Positions 61,713-64,000 of a stretch of DNA of 64,000 bases are shown piece by piece (the first letter of the stretch is position 1; each line of letters opens with the position of its first letter). Where the stretch lies: positions 23,258 through 87,257 of the forward strand of contig CBDEVD010000005.1 in the NCBI GenBank assembly GCA_965243645.1. Reading direction: 5' to 3'. This DNA comes from Arenicellales bacterium (GTDB lineage Bacteria > Pseudomonadota > Gammaproteobacteria > Arenicellales > JAJDZL01). Position numbers and translations under genes: made by a program. Below the pieces are notes generated by a model that was not told the origin of the DNA, did not search any database, and saw only the letters and a program-made list of their open reading frames with translations.

Positions 61713-63089
61713 ATGAACATAACCGAAGCCACCGCTGTTTACGCCGTCTCACCGCTTGATGGGCGGTATTTTGACAAGGTTGACGCGCTGCGCACAATAT
61801 TCAGTGAATACGGACTAATCAAACTGCGACTGCACGTCGAAGTTGAATGGCTGATTCATCTCGCACAACATCCTGGATTAACAGAGCTCCAGCCCCTCTC
61901 CAACGAAGCGATAACCAGTCTCCGCCAACTTGTTGAGAATTTCTCGGTAGAAGATGCGCTGGCAGTCAAAGAAATCGAATCCCAAATTAATCACGATGTC
62001 AAAGCCCTTGAGTACTTTCTCAAGGATCGTTCGCAAGCGATCACGGAGTTATCCAAGACCAGGGAATTCATCCACTTTGGCTGCACGTCCTATGATATTA
62101 ACGACAACTGCTTCGGGTTGATGCTGCAATCAGCTCGGAATACCATACTGCTACCTGAAATCGCCCAACTCACCGAAGACCTGTCGCAACTGGCAATCAA
62201 GTTTGCTGACACAAGAATGCTCGCCCGAACACATGGACAACCCGCTTCTCCAACCACCGTTGGTAAGGAATTTCGGGTGTTTGCCGATCGAATGACAAGT
62301 CAATTGTCTGTATTGAATGCAGTGCCAATTAAGGGAAAACTCAGTGGCGCTGTCGGCAATTTCAATTCACTTCATGTAGCCAACCCTGAAGTCAACTGGC
62401 CCGCCACCGCGAAACAGTTTGTCGAATCTCTCGGACTGGAATATAGCCCGGTTACCACCCAAACCGAAGCACATGATTACATCGCAGAATATTGTCATGC
62501 ACTGCAACGAGTCAATACTGTCTTGCTGGATCTTTGCCGCGATGTGTGGTCGTATATTTCGATCGGCTACTTCAAGCAAAAAGTCATTCAGCGAGAAGTC
62601 GGCTCATCGGCCATGCCGCACAAAGTCAACCCCATCGACTTCGAAAACGCCGAAGGCAATCTGGGCGTCGCCAATGCACTGTTCAGTCACCTGGCCGATA
62701 AACTTCCAATCAGCCGCTGGCAAAGAGACCTTAGTGATTCCACCGTGCTCAGAAATCTCGGCGTCCCTATCGGTCACAGCCTGATCGCCTACAAATCGAT
62801 CCAGCGAGGATTGGCCAAACTTGAGATCAATGCCCAGCGCTTGAATGCCGACTTGGATAATGCATGGGAGGTGTTGAGTGAGGCCATCCAAACAGTCTTA
62901 AGAAAACAAGGCGGTGAGTTGCCCTACGAGCGAATGAAAGCACTGACCCGCGGTGTTACAGTATCAGAAATCGAGATTCGGGAATTTATCAGCGGCCTGG
63001 ACCTGCCCCAATCCGATCGGGATAAGCTGCTCAAACTGGTACCACGCGATTACATTGGCTACGCGGCAACCATCGCGCGCGGTGATTAG
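61713..63089 (+). CDS. purB: Adenylosuccinate lyase
   Basis: SPLDGRY..., fumarate-lyase signature GSSAMPHKVNP. 458 aa. Confidence 0.95.
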   Translation: MNITEATAVYAVSPLDGRYFDKVDALRTIFSEYGLIKLRLHVEVEWLIHLAQHPGLTELQPLSNEAITSLRQLVENFSVEDALAVKEIESQINHDVKALEYFLKDRSQAITELSKTREFIHFGCTSYDINDNCFGLMLQSARNTILLPEIAQLTEDLSQLAIKFADTRMLARTHGQPASPTTVGKEFRVFADRMTSQLSVLNAVPIKGKLSGAVGNFNSLHVANPEVNWPATAKQFVESLGLEYSPVTTQTEAHDYIAEYCHALQRVNTVLLDLCRDVWSYISIGYFKQKVIQREVGSSAMPHKVNPIDFENAEGNLGVANALFSHLADKLPISRWQRDLSDSTVLRNLGVPIGHSLIAYKSIQRGLAKLEINAQRLNADLDNAWEVLSEAIQTVLRKQGGELPYERMKALTRGVTVSEIEIREFISGLDLPQSDRDKLLKLVPRDYIGYAATIARGD

Positions 63090-63115
63090 CCGTAAGCCTG
63101 AGTGTATCTTGGGGC

Positions 63116-63643
63116 TTACTGCTCCACCTGCATATTGCACAAATCCTGGTAGGTGCCCACAACCAAGTATTCCTCGCCCGTCAATTCAATCGTACCACTC
63201 ACTTCGCCTTGCTCGATAAAAAACTCGAACTTCGTTGCACTGGCACTCCCCAATCCACGCAATGTATTGAAGTATCCGTCATTTCCAGGACTGATATGAT
63301 TTGACATGAACGTATCTGTTCCAGTTGCAGCAATCCAGACATCAGAATACACTTCATGTCCGAAATCAGTGTTTACTCTGCGAATTTTAGCGGGATCACT
63401 AATCGATGGGTGGCTGAGAAGCACAGCTTGGTACTGTTCAAAGCACACAAAGGAAACGTATGGATGGGGATTGTCCTCAACATAGGGATGGAGTTTCCCG
63501 CAATACAAAAAGCCAGGCGCTGCAACCCAGCAACTGCCACCTTGTACCCAATCGAGTTTTTCTGGCGCATCCTGTGCCGACGACAGGTTCATGCAGCCAG
63601 CAAAAATTGCAGCTGCCAAACTAACACATATTCTTTTTCTCAT
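63116..63643 (-). CDS. Hypothetical lipoprotein
   Basis: Lipobox-like MRKRICVSLAAAIFAGC. The start is set at the internal ATG (63643). Confidence 0.5.
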   Translation of the reverse strand: MRKRICVSLAAAIFAGCMNLSSAQDAPEKLDWVQGGSCWVAAPGFLYCGKLHPYVEDNPHPYVSFVCFEQYQAVLLSHPSISDPAKIRRVNTDFGHEVYSDVWIAATGTDTFMSNHISPGNDGYFNTLRGLGSASATKFEFFIEQGEVSGTIELTGEEYLVVGTYQDLCNMQVEQ

Positions 63644-63751
63644 ATACTCTTTGCTGAATTGGGGTGAGCAATAACACGATCGCATCGCGATGTGTAAGCT
63701 TATTATGATTTAGACTGCTCGGAATATTTTTGTTCCAATAAATCTCAGAAA

Positions 63752-64000
63752 GTTGATCAGACTAGCAAAATATCTATCGCAACAGGGCATTTGCTCGCGT
63801 CGCGAAGCCGATTATTTTATCCAGCAGGGATGGCTGCAGGTTAACGGAAAAATAGTCGTCGAACCAGGCACGATGGTAACCGATAGCTGTGACGTCGTTC
63901 TAGACCCACAAGCTAAATCTTATCAGAAAAACCTGTTGACCATCCTGCTCCACAAACCGATTGGTTACGTTTCCGGACAACCCGAAAAACACTATCGACC
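63752..64000 (+). CDS. S4-domain pseudouridine synthase (RluF/RsuA-like), N-terminal fragment running off the right edge
   Basis: LIRLAKYLSQQGICSRREADYFIQQGWLQVNGK...LLHKPIGYVS. A TTG start at 63752 is assumed. Confidence 0.7.

Noticed and set aside
63090-63115. Hairpin GTAAGCC...GGCTTAC between the convergent purB and lipoprotein genes as a terminator
   Set aside because: There is no U-run on either strand, so the evidence is too weak to call.

Overview
This looks like a gammaproteobacterial chromosome. Two conserved housekeeping backbones are present and both are interrupted. (1) Minus strand: nnr-tsaE-amiB-mutL-miaA-hfq (38841 down to 31543), then hflX (1081 down to 1). hfq and hflX are normally adjacent but are 30.5 kb apart here. 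The gap holds an unassigned amine-type catabolic/transport cluster (GS-like ligase, Rieske oxygenase, Lrp regulator, ABC importer, MetX-like hydrolase, GloA), an RND efflux pair, and a dead ketosynthase/sulfotransferase gene. That dead gene is split by a 14.8 kb block of nested mobile elements (2079-16907): a tnpB element, two group II introns, an IS21 and two different recombinase-in-trio (RIT) elements. Each RIT sits inside another mobile element. (2) Plus strand: aa3 cytochrome oxidase cluster coxB-coxA-(small ORF)-cox11-coxC, DUF2909, then SURF1-cyoE-purB. An 8.5 kb insert (51318-59858) splits it and carries a repeat-containing coiled-coil ORF, an autotransporter, an oversized porin, a HipB/HipA-like pair and an EndoIII-like gene. 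The most interesting signal is that both RIT elements, although unrelated in sequence, share one junction geometry. Each has a 32-nt 12-8-12 lox-like palindrome at the ritC-proximal junction, built from 6 nt of host DNA plus a 20-nt element segment plus the first 6 nt of the terminal inverted repeat. In each, the same host hexamer also ends the opposite inverted repeat. This fits conservative site-specific integration at a 6-bp core. No rRNA, tRNA or CRISPR array was seen. All protein calls come from reading motifs by eye, with no database search.
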